From assembly GCA_000934665.2 (NCBI GenBank), contig KZ538027.1, forward strand, positions 1 through 64,000: a DNA stretch of 64,000 bases, written 5' to 3'. Below, piece after piece: positions 1 to 11,650 of this stretch; the stretch's first letter is position 1; each line of letters begins with the position of its first letter. This DNA is from Catajapyx aquilonaris. Its lineage: Eukaryota. A program made the translations under genes and the position numbers. The notes under the pieces are model-generated. The model saw only the letters and a program-made list of their open reading frames with translations, searched no databases and had not been told where the DNA came from.

Positions 1-412
1 TTTCCTTGAAATGGCGATATTTTGTACTGCTGTCCTTTTACAACTTCCCTGGGTTAATTACACCATTGTAAAATTCAATCGTTATAAGTAAAAGACGTAA
101 TAAATTGGTATGTATCACACAATGCTGTACGAGTTCTGCTCATTACAAACCGACATGTATAGTGACGCCCATCGCCACAATAGGATGAGCACTACATGTC
201 GGATTTGCATAATTATCTGATCCCACACTGGTCAGACCCACCTTCCTGGTCATTGTAGGAGAATAATGGCTCAAATATAACCAACCCTGCTTAATTGGGA
301 AGTACATGAGCACAGCTGAGTATGAGCACAGTGCCCATTATTCGCCTTACAAACACTGCGGTATTGATGGTGTCTCTTTTTCTTGTATTGGAAACACCGC
401 AGTGGTTAAGGT
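1..412 (-). mobile_element. DNA-transposon relic, internally deleted inverted copy of the element at 8424-9668
   Basis: About 130-412 is the reverse complement of about 8424-8700 (shared blocks include gatttgcataattatctgatcccacactggtcagaccca and ctcaaatataaccaaccctgcttaattggga). 1-110 loosely resembles the reverse complement of about 9260-9370. Confidence 0.65.
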
Positions 413-1136
413 AAATTTTAACGTAAACTTAAATGTCATTAAGAGGTAGGTCTACTTAACTGCTGGTCATTCTTTTGTAAGATGTTATTTTCACAATTTT
501 TTCGCATTCCTCCCTGACCTTACCTCATGAAATATTAGTGGCTGAAAAAATCCCTGTCATTTCTTTGGCGGGGACAATATCACACGCCAAGTTTTATAAC
601 AATCCAAAAAAAAATGAGGATGGACATTTGACTTTTATTTGAATGAAATCGCTGCGCACGAATGTCAACTCAATTTACATCACACTGACCTCTCTGTACA
701 CGCATAACCAATCCAGAAAATGACAGTAATTTGCTTTTGACCTATTATTTTTCTCTGTCCACAACAGATATATGTCCACAACGCGACGTCAAAGGTTGAA
801 TGTTATAAAACTCATTTGTCTACATCCCAAAACTAATGTATTCTTATAGGACACATGCAGTACACATCATTATGGAGGAATAGCAACGGATTTTTTTTTT
901 TTTTACCAGTTTTGTTCACTACACTTGTATAAGCCGCCATCGAGATAGAGATCAAGCAACATTTTATTAAGCAATACAAAGTAAACTTATTTGCATATGA
1001 CGTGGTCACGATTCGCTACCAACATCCTGGCCACTATTATTTGAACCACCTTTTTTCCACGCAGAAAACCGGAATTGTTAAATAGCACCCAAGTACATTT
1101 CCACTGACTTAGTACTTTGGAAAGTGCACAGACAGC

Positions 1137-1941
1137 ATGGTGGGAAAAGTACTATTTCTCGCGCCGATTTACCTCGCGTTTTTCCTCACTTTCCCAAAGG
1201 TACGACACTTATTATTGTGAGGCTACAAAATATGCCTATACATAATATACTTGTTTCATGCCTTTCAATCAGGATGTCAAGTCTGGTGGCGAATGTGAGT
1301 TTGAGTCTCCGGAGCTGCTGCAATTTGTAGGACACGTGAAGGAATGTTTGGATGAATACCCTAAAAATTTACTGGTAATAAGTACATGTCAAAAAAGGTT
1401 GTTAAGAATATTTACAGTACGGTCTGTGTACCCTTCCAGTGCTGGCTGCAATGCTTCATGCAGAAGATAGAAGTGGTAAGATTACGTGGCTGGTTAGTGT
1501 CATTGCGGCAAATACTAACAATGTCATTTTCACAGGTGAGCAAGTCAGGTGTGGTAGACTTGGGCAAGATGGATGAACTGCTGGCTGCTATGCCGGATGG
1601 AAACCTGAAATCCGTTTTAACTACAGCGAAAGGAAAGTGCCTCGTAGGAAGTAAGTTATAAGCATTGTGTCCTGGCAGAATACTGTACAAAATAATCATC
1701 TAAATGTGAATATTTTCAATGTCAACAGTTGAGAAATTTGACGTCACACTTGACAAATGCGCAGGATTCAGAACGGTTGGAATTTGCATGACTGTATTGC
1801 TGCAAAAGGTACGCTGTTATATATAAAATTGGGTGAAATTATGCAACTACGATAATTGCCTGCATTTTTTCCCCCAATCAGGAGTGCTCCAATTTCGTCA
1901 CTTTCGTGAAGGAATATGCGGCACAAGTGAAATCTGCTTGA
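1137..1941 (+). CDS. OBP-like secreted 8-Cys protein, copy A1 (151 aa, intact)
   Basis: Exons 1137-1199, 1273-1374, 1440-1475, 1536-1650, 1729-1808, 1882-1941, all GT-AG with an open frame. Signal peptide MVGKVLFLAPIYLAFFLTFPK, then DVKSGGECEFESPELLQFVGHVKECLDEYPKNLLCWLQCFMQKIEV...KCLVGIEKFDVTLDKCAGFRTVGICMTVLLQKECSNF. Spacing C-X16-C-X9-C-X3-C-X41-C-X13-C-X8-C-X8-C includes the OBP core C-X3-C...C-X8-C. Confidence 0.8.
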
Positions 1942-2781
1942 GCCTTTTGAGCATAGGACACGCACAGCATGCTGCACCTGTGAAACCCACATTGCAATCA
2001 CATCGTAATAAATAATCAGGACCGCGATTCTTATCATTTTGGTAACTATTATTTTATAGTACATAAATCCCTGCATCAAATCCTCCCAGCCAGATTCTGA
2101 AGCTAGGGGGAACGAGCACATAAAAAAAAGGCGCCACGACACACATACCAAACAATTGCAAACTCAGTACACATTTTTATTTTGTGTTACAAATCAAAAC
2201 ACTAGAATTATAGGCTTATAGACGTCCACTTTGGTTTCAGCTGCTGCTTCATTCCACCTCAGTTTCTGCTTGGTTTATTAACCTCTTGTACCCAACTTAT
2301 TACATTTGTGGCTGCACTTGTGGCTACACATGGATGTCCGACTTGCAAAAGGTTTGGTTTTTGAGAAAATAAATCCGAAACGTAAACTCCATCTGGCCCA
2401 CTACCAACCGTGCTGTCTCCTCCTCCGCTCATGTCTCCTGCAAATCTTGCAAGCTACTACATTTTACGGACAATTCCATGTTCAAACCCACAGTTAACCA
2501 GAAAATATTAAGAAGCAATAAGAATGCAAATCAAATTCCCAAAACAATGTACTGTACATACTGTACTATGGCAAAGGTAGACACTCGACGAGCAATATTT
2601 TCTCACACTAAATGATTGATTGTTCTTCTGTGTTCCTTTCCTGGACTTCTGTTCCCATGTTTCATGGTCGTGACTTTTGATCTTTTGAGTGGGTTACGAG
2701 TAATTTGTTGTTGTTCCACGCATACCCGGTATACAACTCTTGAATACCATACTAGTGCATAGCAACAATGTTCCAATATTG

Positions 2782-3997
2782 ATTAAGAGGTTAGGTCTAC
2801 TTAACTGCTGGTCATTCTTTTGTAAGATGTTCTTTTCGCATTTTTTGCACACCTCTTGACCTTACATCATTAAACATTAGTGGCTTGAAAAATCCCTGTC
2901 ATTTGGCAGGTAAAATATTACATGCCAAGTTTTATAACAATCCAAAAAAATAGAGGATGGACCTTTGATTTTTTTTTTTAAATATAATCGCCAAGCACGA
3001 ACGTCCACTCAACAATCATTACCACTGACCTCTCTGTACACGCATAACCAATCCAGAAAATGACAGTAATTTGCTTTTGCTCGCTCTTATTTTTCTCTGT
3101 CCAAAACAGCGAAATGAAGTTCACGCCAGGTCAAAGGTTACATGTTATAAACCTCATTTGTCTAACGTACATCCCAAAACTAATATATTCTTGCAGTACA
3201 CAACATTGCTGTGGAGCAATATCATCGGGATATTTTTTACAAGTTTTGTTCATTATAATTTATTATAAGCCGTCAATCGAGATTTATATTTATAGGACAC
3301 GTGAAGGAATGTCTGGATGAACATCCTACAAATTTAGTGGTAAGTATGCATGCCAAAAAAGGTTGTTAAGAAATTATTAAAGTACGGTTTGTATAACCTT
3401 CCAGTGCTGGCTGCAATACTTCATGGAGAAGATAGAAGTTGGTGCCTCATTGTTATTGCCGTAAAATACTAACAATGTCATTTAACAGGTGAGCAAGTCA
3501 GGTGAGGTAAATTTGGCCAAGATGGATGAACTGCTGGCTGGTATGCCCGATGGAAACCTGAAAAACGTTTTAACTACAGCTAAAGGGATCTACAGGTAAG
3601 ATAATAAGCAATGTGTCCGGGCAGAACACTGTACAAATCATCTAAATGTGAATATTTTCAATGTCAACATCCGAGAAATTTGACATCACACTTGACAAAT
3701 GCGCAGGATTCAGAAGTGCTGGAATTTTTATCATTGTATTGTTGCAAACGGTACGCTGTTACTTGNCCCCCCCCCCCCCCCCCAATCAGGAGTGCGCCAA
3801 TTTCATCACTTTCGTGAATGAATATGCGGCCCAGGTGAAATCCTCTTGAGCCTTTTGAGCATATAGGACATGGACACGTTGCTCCTGTGAAACGCACATG
3901 CAATCATATCGTCATAAATAATAATTAGCACGTCCATTCTTACCACTTTGGTAATTATTTTATAGTACATAAATCCATGCATCAAATCCTCCCAGCC
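2782..3997 (+). repeat. Direct segmental duplication of about 438-2090 (A1 locus) with an internal deletion
   Basis: Starts attaagag(g/gt)taggtctacttaactgctggtcattc and ends catcaaatcctcccagcca in both copies. About 945-1325 of the first copy is missing at about 3280-3292. Confidence 0.9.
3293..3849 (+). pseudogene. OBP-like pseudogene A2
   Basis: Paralog of A1 lacking the signal-peptide exon and half of exon 2. The exon-3 donor is altered, the exon-4 Cys is deleted (gctaaagggatctacag), the exon-5 acceptor is mutated (caacag to caacat) and an exon-5 Cys is changed to Phe. Confidence 0.8.
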
Positions 3998-4504
3998 ACT
4001 GATTGGAAATCAAAGCTTCATTGTTGTCAACATTGAAACCAGGAATTTTTCCAATCCATTAAAAATATTCTGACAATAGAGCAATCTGTGTTTCAACAAC
4101 AATAACAAGGCCCATTGCGTAACTGATATTTTTTAATATTTAAAAAATAACGAGGCTCTTAAAATACTGCATGCACCCTACATGTATACCGTACCCACGT
4201 ATGACGTAATAAAAATAATGTGAACCCATACAAAATCAGCATGATTCACTTTGGGGCGTGATCTACTTGACACCCGAGATGTTGTCATTGTAACATTACC
4301 AATTCTCCCTATACCAGTGTTCTATATGTAAATGATCAGCTAATACTGTGAAACATGTACTGCATGTAATAGACTTTTATAGTATTTAAAAAAAAATTGC
4401 TGTATAAAAATTCAATGATCCATTGATTGGGCTAAACAAAAATTCATCATTGCACAATATTCAGGTAATTATATCCACCGAAGTGATAGTATATTATTCA
4501 CTTC

Positions 4505-5720
4505 AGATCTAAAAAAAACATTGTCACCTGATAAGTTACAACAATAAGAGGCAGCAATTTCCATCACCTTCCGCCGACGTCATCAGTGACCTACAGCGCA
4601 TAAAATGTGACGTGACATAGAGCACTTCAAAGGACTCATTCAGTGTATTGCCAGGACAAGATTACATATGTTTTCCTATACTTGCTTGTCCTACGTGCAT
4701 GATCGTCCTTAGCGATATTGCCAGACCCCAGGTCTATGCAAATCTGGACATGCAATGCGATGTAATGATATATTGTGGTCCACTGGCACTATTCAGATCT
4801 CACGTGTAGTACCAGTCTGCAAATCGCAATGAGGAAGTGTTGGGTTACGTCTGTGGCGGTGCTCTCTGTCCTCCTCTTGGTCCACTATCCGCAGGTATTG
4901 TTGCCCACAACATATGAATTATCTGATATTTCACACTAAACTTGCAGAATTCTTCGGCTGAAGAAGAAGAATGCGACTTCCAAGCTTCAATCCTGATGGA
5001 ATACATGGGTCCAATCGCACACTGTATGCAGAAGCACCCTAAAAATTTAATCGTAAGTTCACTTTGCACAAACAAATTGCAGTCAAGTACAATGCAATTA
5101 TCATTTCCAGTGTGTGCTGCAGTGCTTCTCTGAGACCGTCGGAATTGTAAGACTTGTTGTCGTTAATAACCACATGCTAAATAATATACACATGCCCTAA
5201 TTTTTAACAGATGAAGACGGATGGGACACCGAACGTTGAGAAAATTAGAGAAGTCATGAACAAGTTTCCTGAAGGAAAGCTGAAGAAAACTATGGTCAAA
5301 GCTGGGCACGAGTGTTATCAGCATAGTAAATATTTTCTTTCGTATGACAAACTTTTTTTGAGTCTTCGACTTATTTTATAAATTATAATTAATTCAACAG
5401 CCATAATCACTGATGTTGAGTCGCCTACGTGCCAAGGTTACCTCAAATTAGCCATGTGCTTCGGTAACATCATCATGAAAGTAAGTAGAAATTTCTCATT
5501 AATATATTGTTCGGACTGCTAATTATTTTATCTTCATCAAAGGCATGCCCCAACTTTGGACCATTCATGAAAGACTTCCTGGAGCAGTGGAACAACGATC
5601 ATCGCGAATAATCTTCAACAATTAATTTCCTGCTGCTTCATGAAACTTACATGTAATTGAAAATAAAACTAAACTTGCAATGTGTTGAATGCTCTTTAAC
5701 ATTCCTATGTTATTTAGGCC
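4505..5720 (+). repeat. Direct duplication of about 9670-10910 (B-type gene with promoter)
   Basis: Near-identical upstream, exon, intron and 3' UTR sequence starting at agatctaaa...attgtcacctgata. Confidence 0.9.
4829..5611 (+). CDS. OBP-like secreted 8-Cys protein, copy B1 (156 aa, intact)
   Basis: Exons 4829-4894, 4948-5052, 5111-5146, 5211-5325, 5401-5480, 5543-5611. Signal MRKCWVTSVAVLSVLLLVHYPQNSSA. Same Cys spacing as A1; C-terminal ACPNF resembles the Cys-Pro of Plus-C OBPs. AATAAA at about 5662. Confidence 0.85.
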
Positions 5721-5769
5721 TTAAAGGTAATTGTTTCCTTCAGCGAAAATTGGGAAAAAATATTAACTA

Positions 5770-5944
5770 GGTGCCCTTCGCCAAATCATCAGTTATTTCC
5801 GTGCAATTTCTGTGTCAATTGAACCATTTTTGCGGTCATATACAGAGTGTATGTTTTCTGGAGAGGGGGGAGGGGGAGGAAGGGTCGCATATTTATGGAA
5901 ACACGTTTAGGGAGTCGCAGTTGGTAAAAGGTTGGAAACCACTG
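5770..5944 (-). mobile_element. hAT-like non-autonomous element end
   Basis: Reverse strand begins CAGTGGTTTCCAACCTTTT, a typical hAT/Charlie-like terminus. It is followed on + by ccctagga, resembling an 8-bp CTAG-centred target. The other end was not identified, so the left boundary is approximate. Confidence 0.5.
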
Positions 5945-6184
5945 CCCTAGGACCTCTGCCCCTATTAATAATTGTTTTTACGTTCATTGCATGTCCTGTT
6001 GTAGCGACCTCACTATGGCAACTTAGGGTCGCTTGACCTGTAAAATTTAATTCAGAGAGATGTCATACGACTGACTCACGAATTAAGAGAGAAAGAGGTG
6101 TGCTGGTGGTACTTTTTTTATTTAATTGAACTTCAAATCATGCAAGGGATGATGACATTATATCCAAGCCGGATGGCCGATACA

Positions 6185-6580
6185 TCATTTATCATTGCGC
6201 ATGTGCTGCAAGAAATCCTTGATGAATTGCGTAAAGTTTGGGCATTCCTGAAAGCCAACAAATTGCAATTAGTGGCATCACAGCAGATGTAAATTTTACA
6301 TGAAGTAGTTTCCTCACCCTGCGAATGGTGCGATGCAGGCACAATGCAAATCTGGTAAATCCTGCACAATCAGGCTTGGTGATATCAACCGACTCGTCTG
6401 AAAGATGGTAAAACTATGTGAGACAAAGTACACGAATATTATTATGGTCCTTAGGACTTACACTTATCGAGGCAATCCTTCTTTAATGCAACAACTGCAT
6501 TCTTCAAATTACTTGGAGGTATTAAATTAACCACCTCATCATACATTGCTTTGTTTATAATCCCCTTCTCATCTATCTGC

Positions 6581-6652
<72 letters not shown>

Positions 6653-7008
6653 TGGTTCATACAAATCCGATTTTCTCTGTGAAGCACTGCATCAAGCACT
6701 GAAAAGATAATTATGAAGGTTATTCATAGTTTTTCGTAGTTGTTACTTAGATTTTATTGAAGTAATTATTGAGTTATTACCAGCATGCGATCAGGATGCG
6801 CGTTGAAGCAGACTGCAAAAGGGGCAGTGAAATGTACCAACTCAGGAGAGTTGAATTCGCAGTCAGCCTTCGCTTTCTCACCATATATTTCCTGAGAAGA
6901 AAAGGAGTGCATAAACTGCACACAACATTATTCCTAATGTCTCACCTGCGTATTCTGCAGCAACAATACGACCAAGATCAGCTGGAGACAATTAATGTTG
7001 CCCGTCAT
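6185..7008 (-). CDS. OBP-like secreted 8-Cys protein, copy C1 (155 aa, intact)
   Basis: Minus-strand exons 7008-6946, 6891-6781, 6698-6663, 6576-6462, 6397-6318, 6247-6185. Signal MTGNINCLQLILVVLLLQNTQEIYG. Motifs CEFNSPEL, CLMQCFTEKIG, DCLDK, PDCAGFTRFALC, ECPNF. Confidence 0.85.
6581..6650. repeat. (TAA)n microsatellite, about 23 units, in intron 3 of C1
   Basis: Directly visible. Confidence 0.98.
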
Positions 7009-7427
7009 TATATTGACTGCTCTGGGGGCACTATAAAGTCGAAAGCCACAACTTCTCTTTTTATGATAATTTTTTCTCTTATCCCTACATCCCTTTGACG
7101 AAATTCGTGCATCACAAAAATTGCGAAAAGGAAGTCACCTCAACAATGACCAAGGGATATGCAAATGAATTATTGCGAAAACCACGAGATGTCCTGGAGA
7201 TATGCAAATTTACCAATTATTTACATGATTGTGCAAGTGTTGGGTCAAAGACTGCGGAATATTTTGCGATTCTGGTGACATTGAAAATAATTCAGGTGGC
7301 ATTTATTCTATCAGTGTCTTAGTAAATAACATGAGAATGTTAAAGAGTATTCAATATATTGCAGGTTTTAATAAATTTTCAATTACGTGTAAGTTACATG
7401 AAGCAGCAGGAAATTAATTGTAGAAGA

Positions 7428-7643
7428 TTATTCGCAATGATCGTTGTTCCACGGCACCAGGAAGTCTTTCATGAATGATGCAAAGTTGGGGCATCCCTTT
7501 GATGAAGATAAAAAATAATTAGCAGTCAGAACAATATATTAATCAGCAATTACTACTTACTTTCATGATGATGTTACCGAAGCACATGGCTAATTTGATG
7601 TAACCTTGGCATGTAGGCGACTCAACATCAGTTGTGATTATTG
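7428..7643 (-). pseudogene. Truncated OBP-like copy B3 (exons 5-6 only)
   Basis: Minus strand encodes TDVESPTCQGYIKLAMCFGNIIMK and GCPNFASFMKDFLVPWNNDHCE*. Homology to B2 stops at about 7643, where unrelated sequence leading into a LINE fragment begins. Confidence 0.85.
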
Positions 7644-7949
7644 GCTCCGAAGCGAGCTCGGTAACGGGCAATGGGGTATAAAATTTATAAAATCAAGCTG
7701 CACTTACATTTGAAGGAAATAAGGTATCTAGGATAAGCAGATGCAATGTTATTAAAAATTACTTTGAAATATTTGGAATATCAACAGCTAGTTTCTGATA
7801 AATTGGTAGAAGAGAACTAGACAGTTATGTCCTTAGAGGAGGCTTGGTATTGTTTCAAGTCCTCCTTAGTGAGTAGTGGTGTTGATTTTTGTGGTATGGC
7901 TAAGGTGGGTTGTAAGAAGGGGGATCGTTGGTAGAACAAGGAGATGGCT

Positions 7950-8295
7950 GAATATTCAGAGTGGGTTATTTATGTCGGGTAAGAGTTGTGTAGATCAGAT
8001 ATTCTGTATGAGATTCGTGATAGAGAAGTATTTAGCTGTAAACAATAAGGTTTATGTTGCTTTTGTAGACTTACAGAAAGCACATATATGGCGGCACAGT
8101 GAGTAGGGATGGTTTGTGGGAGGTTCTGAGTCTGGAGTGAAGGGCCACCTGCTGGAGGCTGTAAAGTCATTGTATGAAGAGAGTAGAGCTTGTGTTAGAA
8201 CTAGTGGGGGTTTCTCTGACTGGTTTAACATTAGTGTTGGGGTTAAGCAGGGTTGTGTCACGTCTCCCTGGTTATTTAACTTGTACTTAGATCTA
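7950..8295 (+). mobile_element. Degenerate non-LTR retrotransposon reverse-transcriptase fragment (RTE-like)
   Basis: Peptides QSG.FMSGKSCVDQIFCMRFVIEKY...YVAFVDLQKA and GVKGHLLEAVKSLYEESRACVR...SDWFNISVGVKQGCVTSPWLFNLYLD are non-LTR RT motifs. The frame is broken by a stop codon. Confidence 0.85.
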
Positions 8296-8423
8296 GTCCA
8301 TGATGTTGCCAGCTTTACGGCCGTACGAGAATTTCTCAGCTGAGAAAAGGGTGGTGAAACGCACGGGACCTTGAGTATCCTAATGTCACTGTCACCCCAC
8401 TGTCACTGTCGTCACTATAAGTA

Positions 8424-9668
8424 TACCTTAACCACTGCGGCGTTGTCAGCAAAAAAAGAGAGACACCATCAATGCCAGTGTCTGCATTGACGGATAATGC
8501 GCACTGTGCTCATACTCAGCTGTGCTTATATCCTTCCCAATTAAGCAGGGTTGGTTATATTTGAGCCATTTCCCACAATGACCAGGAAGATGGGTCTGAC
8601 CAGTGTGGGATCAGATAATTATGCAAATCCAACATGTAGTGCTCATCCTATTGTGACGATGGGCGACACTATACATGTCAGTTTGTAACGAGCAGAACTC
8701 GTGTGTGTAGCGGTGTGTCATATTCATAAAATTGGGTGGAAATGTTGGCCTATCTTATTAAGTAGCATCCAAGCTTTCCATGCACTTTCCCATCGAGAAA
8801 CAAGTCCAGAAAGGGAATGGATATTCACGGCGACTGAATGGGCATGGGAAAGGATCATGTGACGGGGTCGGAGGACTAATGAAGCACCACACGACACTAC
8901 ACAATCTGACCCATGTTGCAGTAGATATCCCATCCATTCTGCAGAAGATTAAGTCAGGGTATTAAGTGCTTCTCTAGAAAACCTGCACATCATACTTGCA
9001 ACCCAAGATCGTGTGGAAAAGCGTGTGGCAAAAGGGATTCAAAGTTGCCATCATTGGTTCGTGGACAATGGATATACAATAATGACACGTATATGTCTCC
9101 TAACAAGAGGTCCAAGTAAGTGCAACTTAAATACTGTCAAGTAACTTCTTCAATACTACAATAAAATTCACAACAAAAGTTAGACTATATCAGTTCACGC
9201 ATATTAATATGCGAACAACTGTAACCAAGTCTATGATGTAGCATATGGAATGTTGCAACTGAAAAAAATATACATAAATTTCACAATGGTTACAGTTCAT
9301 TATGACTTTAGAACTGCAAGGATGTTGAAAGACACTAAATGAAAGCAAAAAATATCACTTTTCATAAATTTGAATCTCATTTATCAAGAATCAGGTTTTG
9401 ATATTATTTGATCACAGAACCAGTCTTTCCTTTATGAAATATATAAAAAAATATTGCATATTAAAAATAGTGTTTTCAAGATATTAATTTTTGAAATGTG
9501 CATATCTGAAACAAAAATCCCCACTCTGAAATAAATTAGTATCTCACTGAATACAAATATATATCATAATAGAACTCATGCTACTTCGTTATCCAAAAAA
9601 TAACGATTAAATATTTAAAATGGCTTCTTACAGAAAATATACCGGTATTCTGAAACGGAACCACCCTC
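8424..9668 (+). mobile_element. Degenerate DNA transposon, tentatively Sola2-like
   Basis: The peptide GHGKGSCDGVGGLMK (about 8840-8885) resembles a transposase HGK..CDG.GG motif that I associate with Sola2 from memory. The region ends ...ccaccctc exactly where homology to the B1 promoter resumes. A second copy lies at the window start. Confidence 0.5.
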
Positions 9669-10008
9669 TAGATCTAAATAAAATTGTCACCTGATACAAC
9701 AATAAGAGACAGCAATTTCTATCACCAGCCTCCGACGCGACGTCATCAGTGACCTACAGTGCATAAAATGTGCCGTGACAGCACAGCACTTCAAAGGACT
9801 CATTCAGAGTATTGCCAGGACAAGATTACATACCGGTATGTTTTCCTATCATTTGCATACTTGCTAGTCCCACGTGCATGATCGTCCTTAGCGATTTCTA
9901 GACACCAGGTCTATGCAAATCTGGACATGCAATGCGGTGTAATAATTATATATTCTGGTCCGCTGGCACTATTCAGATCTCAAATGTAGTACCAGTCTGC
10001 AAATCGCA

Positions 10009-10797
10009 ATGAGCAAGTGTTGGGTTACGTATGTGGCGCTGCTGTCGGTCCTCCTCTTGGTCCACTCTCAGGAGGTCTTGCTGTCCACAACATATGAATT
10101 ATCGGATTTTTCATACTAATCTTGCAGAATTCTTCGGCTGAAGAGGAAGAATGCAACTTCCAAGCTTCAGCCCTGATGGAATACATGGGTCCAATCGCAC
10201 ACTGTATGCAGAAGCACCCTAAAAATTTATTCGTAAGTTCACTTTGCACAAACAAATTGCAGTCAAGTAGTCTACAATGCACTTATCTTTTCCAGTGTAT
10301 GCTGCAGTGCTTCTCTGAGACCATCGGAATTGTAAGACATGTTGTCGTTAATAACCACATGCAAAATAATATACACATGCTCTTATTTTTAACAGATGCA
10401 GGCAGATGGGACACCTAATGTTGAGAAAATTAGAGAAGTCATGAACAAGTTTCCTGAAGGAGAGATGAAGAAAACTATGGTCAAAGCTGGGAATGAGTGT
10501 TATGAGCATAGTAAATATTTTTTTTTCGTATGGCAAACTTTTTTTGAGTCTTCGACTGAATTTATAAATTATAATTAATTCAACAGCCATAATCACTGAT
10601 GTTGAGTCGCCTACATGCCAAGGTTACGTCAAAGTAGCTATGTGCTTTGGTAACATTATCCTGACAGTAAGTAGTAATTGCTGATTAATATATTGTTCGG
10701 ACTGCTAATTATTTTATCTTCATCAAAGGCATGCCCCAACTTTGGACCATTCATGAAAGACTTCCTGGAGCAGTGGAACAACGATCATCGCGAATAA
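10009..10797 (+). CDS. OBP-like secreted 8-Cys protein, copy B2 (156 aa, intact)
   Basis: Exons 10009-10074, 10128-10232, 10296-10331, 10396-10510, 10587-10666, 10729-10797. Close paralog of B1 with an identical last exon. The intron-1 donor (gtcttg) is weak. Confidence 0.85.
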
Positions 10798-11227
10798 TCT
10801 TCAACAATTAATTTCCTCCTGCTTCATGTAACTTACACGCAATTGAAAATAAAAATATATCTGCAATTTATTGAATGCTCTTTAACATTCTCATGTTATT
10901 TACTAAGACCTTGACAGAATAAATGCAACGTGAATCATTTTCAATGTCACCAGAATCACAAAAGATTCCGCAGTCTTTGACCCAACACGTGCACAATCAT
11001 GTAAATAATAATTATTGGCCTGGTAAATTTGCATATCTCCAGGACATCTCGTGGTTTTCACAACAATTCATTTGCATATCCCTTGGTCATTGTTGAGGTG
11101 ACTTCCTTTTCGCAATTTTTGTGATGCACGAGTTTCGTCAAAGGGATGTAGGGATAAGAGAAAAAATTATCATAAAAAGAGAAGTTGTGGCGTTCGACTT
11201 TTTAGTGTCCCCAGAGCAGTCAATATA

Positions 11228-11570
11228 ATGATGGGCAACAATTGTCTCCAGCTGCTCTTGGTCGTATTGTTGCTGCAGAATCCGCAGGTGAGATATTAGG
11301 AATAATGTTGCGTGCAGTTTATGCACTCTTTTTCTTCTCAGGAAATATACGGTCAGGATGAGAAGATCTGCGAATTCGGCTCTCCTGAATTGATACATTT
11401 CTCTGCCCCTGTTGCATTCTGCTTCAACGAGCATCCTATAAACTTGCTGGTAATAACTCAATAGTTAGCCTACTTCAATCAACTCTAAGTAACAACTATG
11501 AATAACCTTCGTATCTTTTCAGTGCTGGCTGCGTTGCTTCACGGAGAAAATCGGAATAGTATATGAACCA

Positions 11571-11650
<80 letters not shown>

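Larger units (their letters stand above)
5945..7643 (-). repeat. Inverted duplication (about 1.7 kb) of about 10586-12305
   Basis: Reverse complement matches from B2 exon 5 through the intergenic region, gene C2 and its 3' flank up to ggggcaga...cctaggg. Confidence 0.9.

Noticed and set aside
3060..3320. ORF MTVICFCSLLFFSVQ as a replacement signal exon for A2
   Set aside because: The homologous position in the A1 copy has an in-frame stop, and the downstream A2 exons are broken anyway.
6769..7098. Similar 109-aa and 107-aa ORFs at 6769-7098 (+) and 11138-11461 (-)
   Set aside because: They are antisense shadows of exons 1-2 of C1 and C2, start at non-ATG codons, and are similar only because of the inverted duplication.
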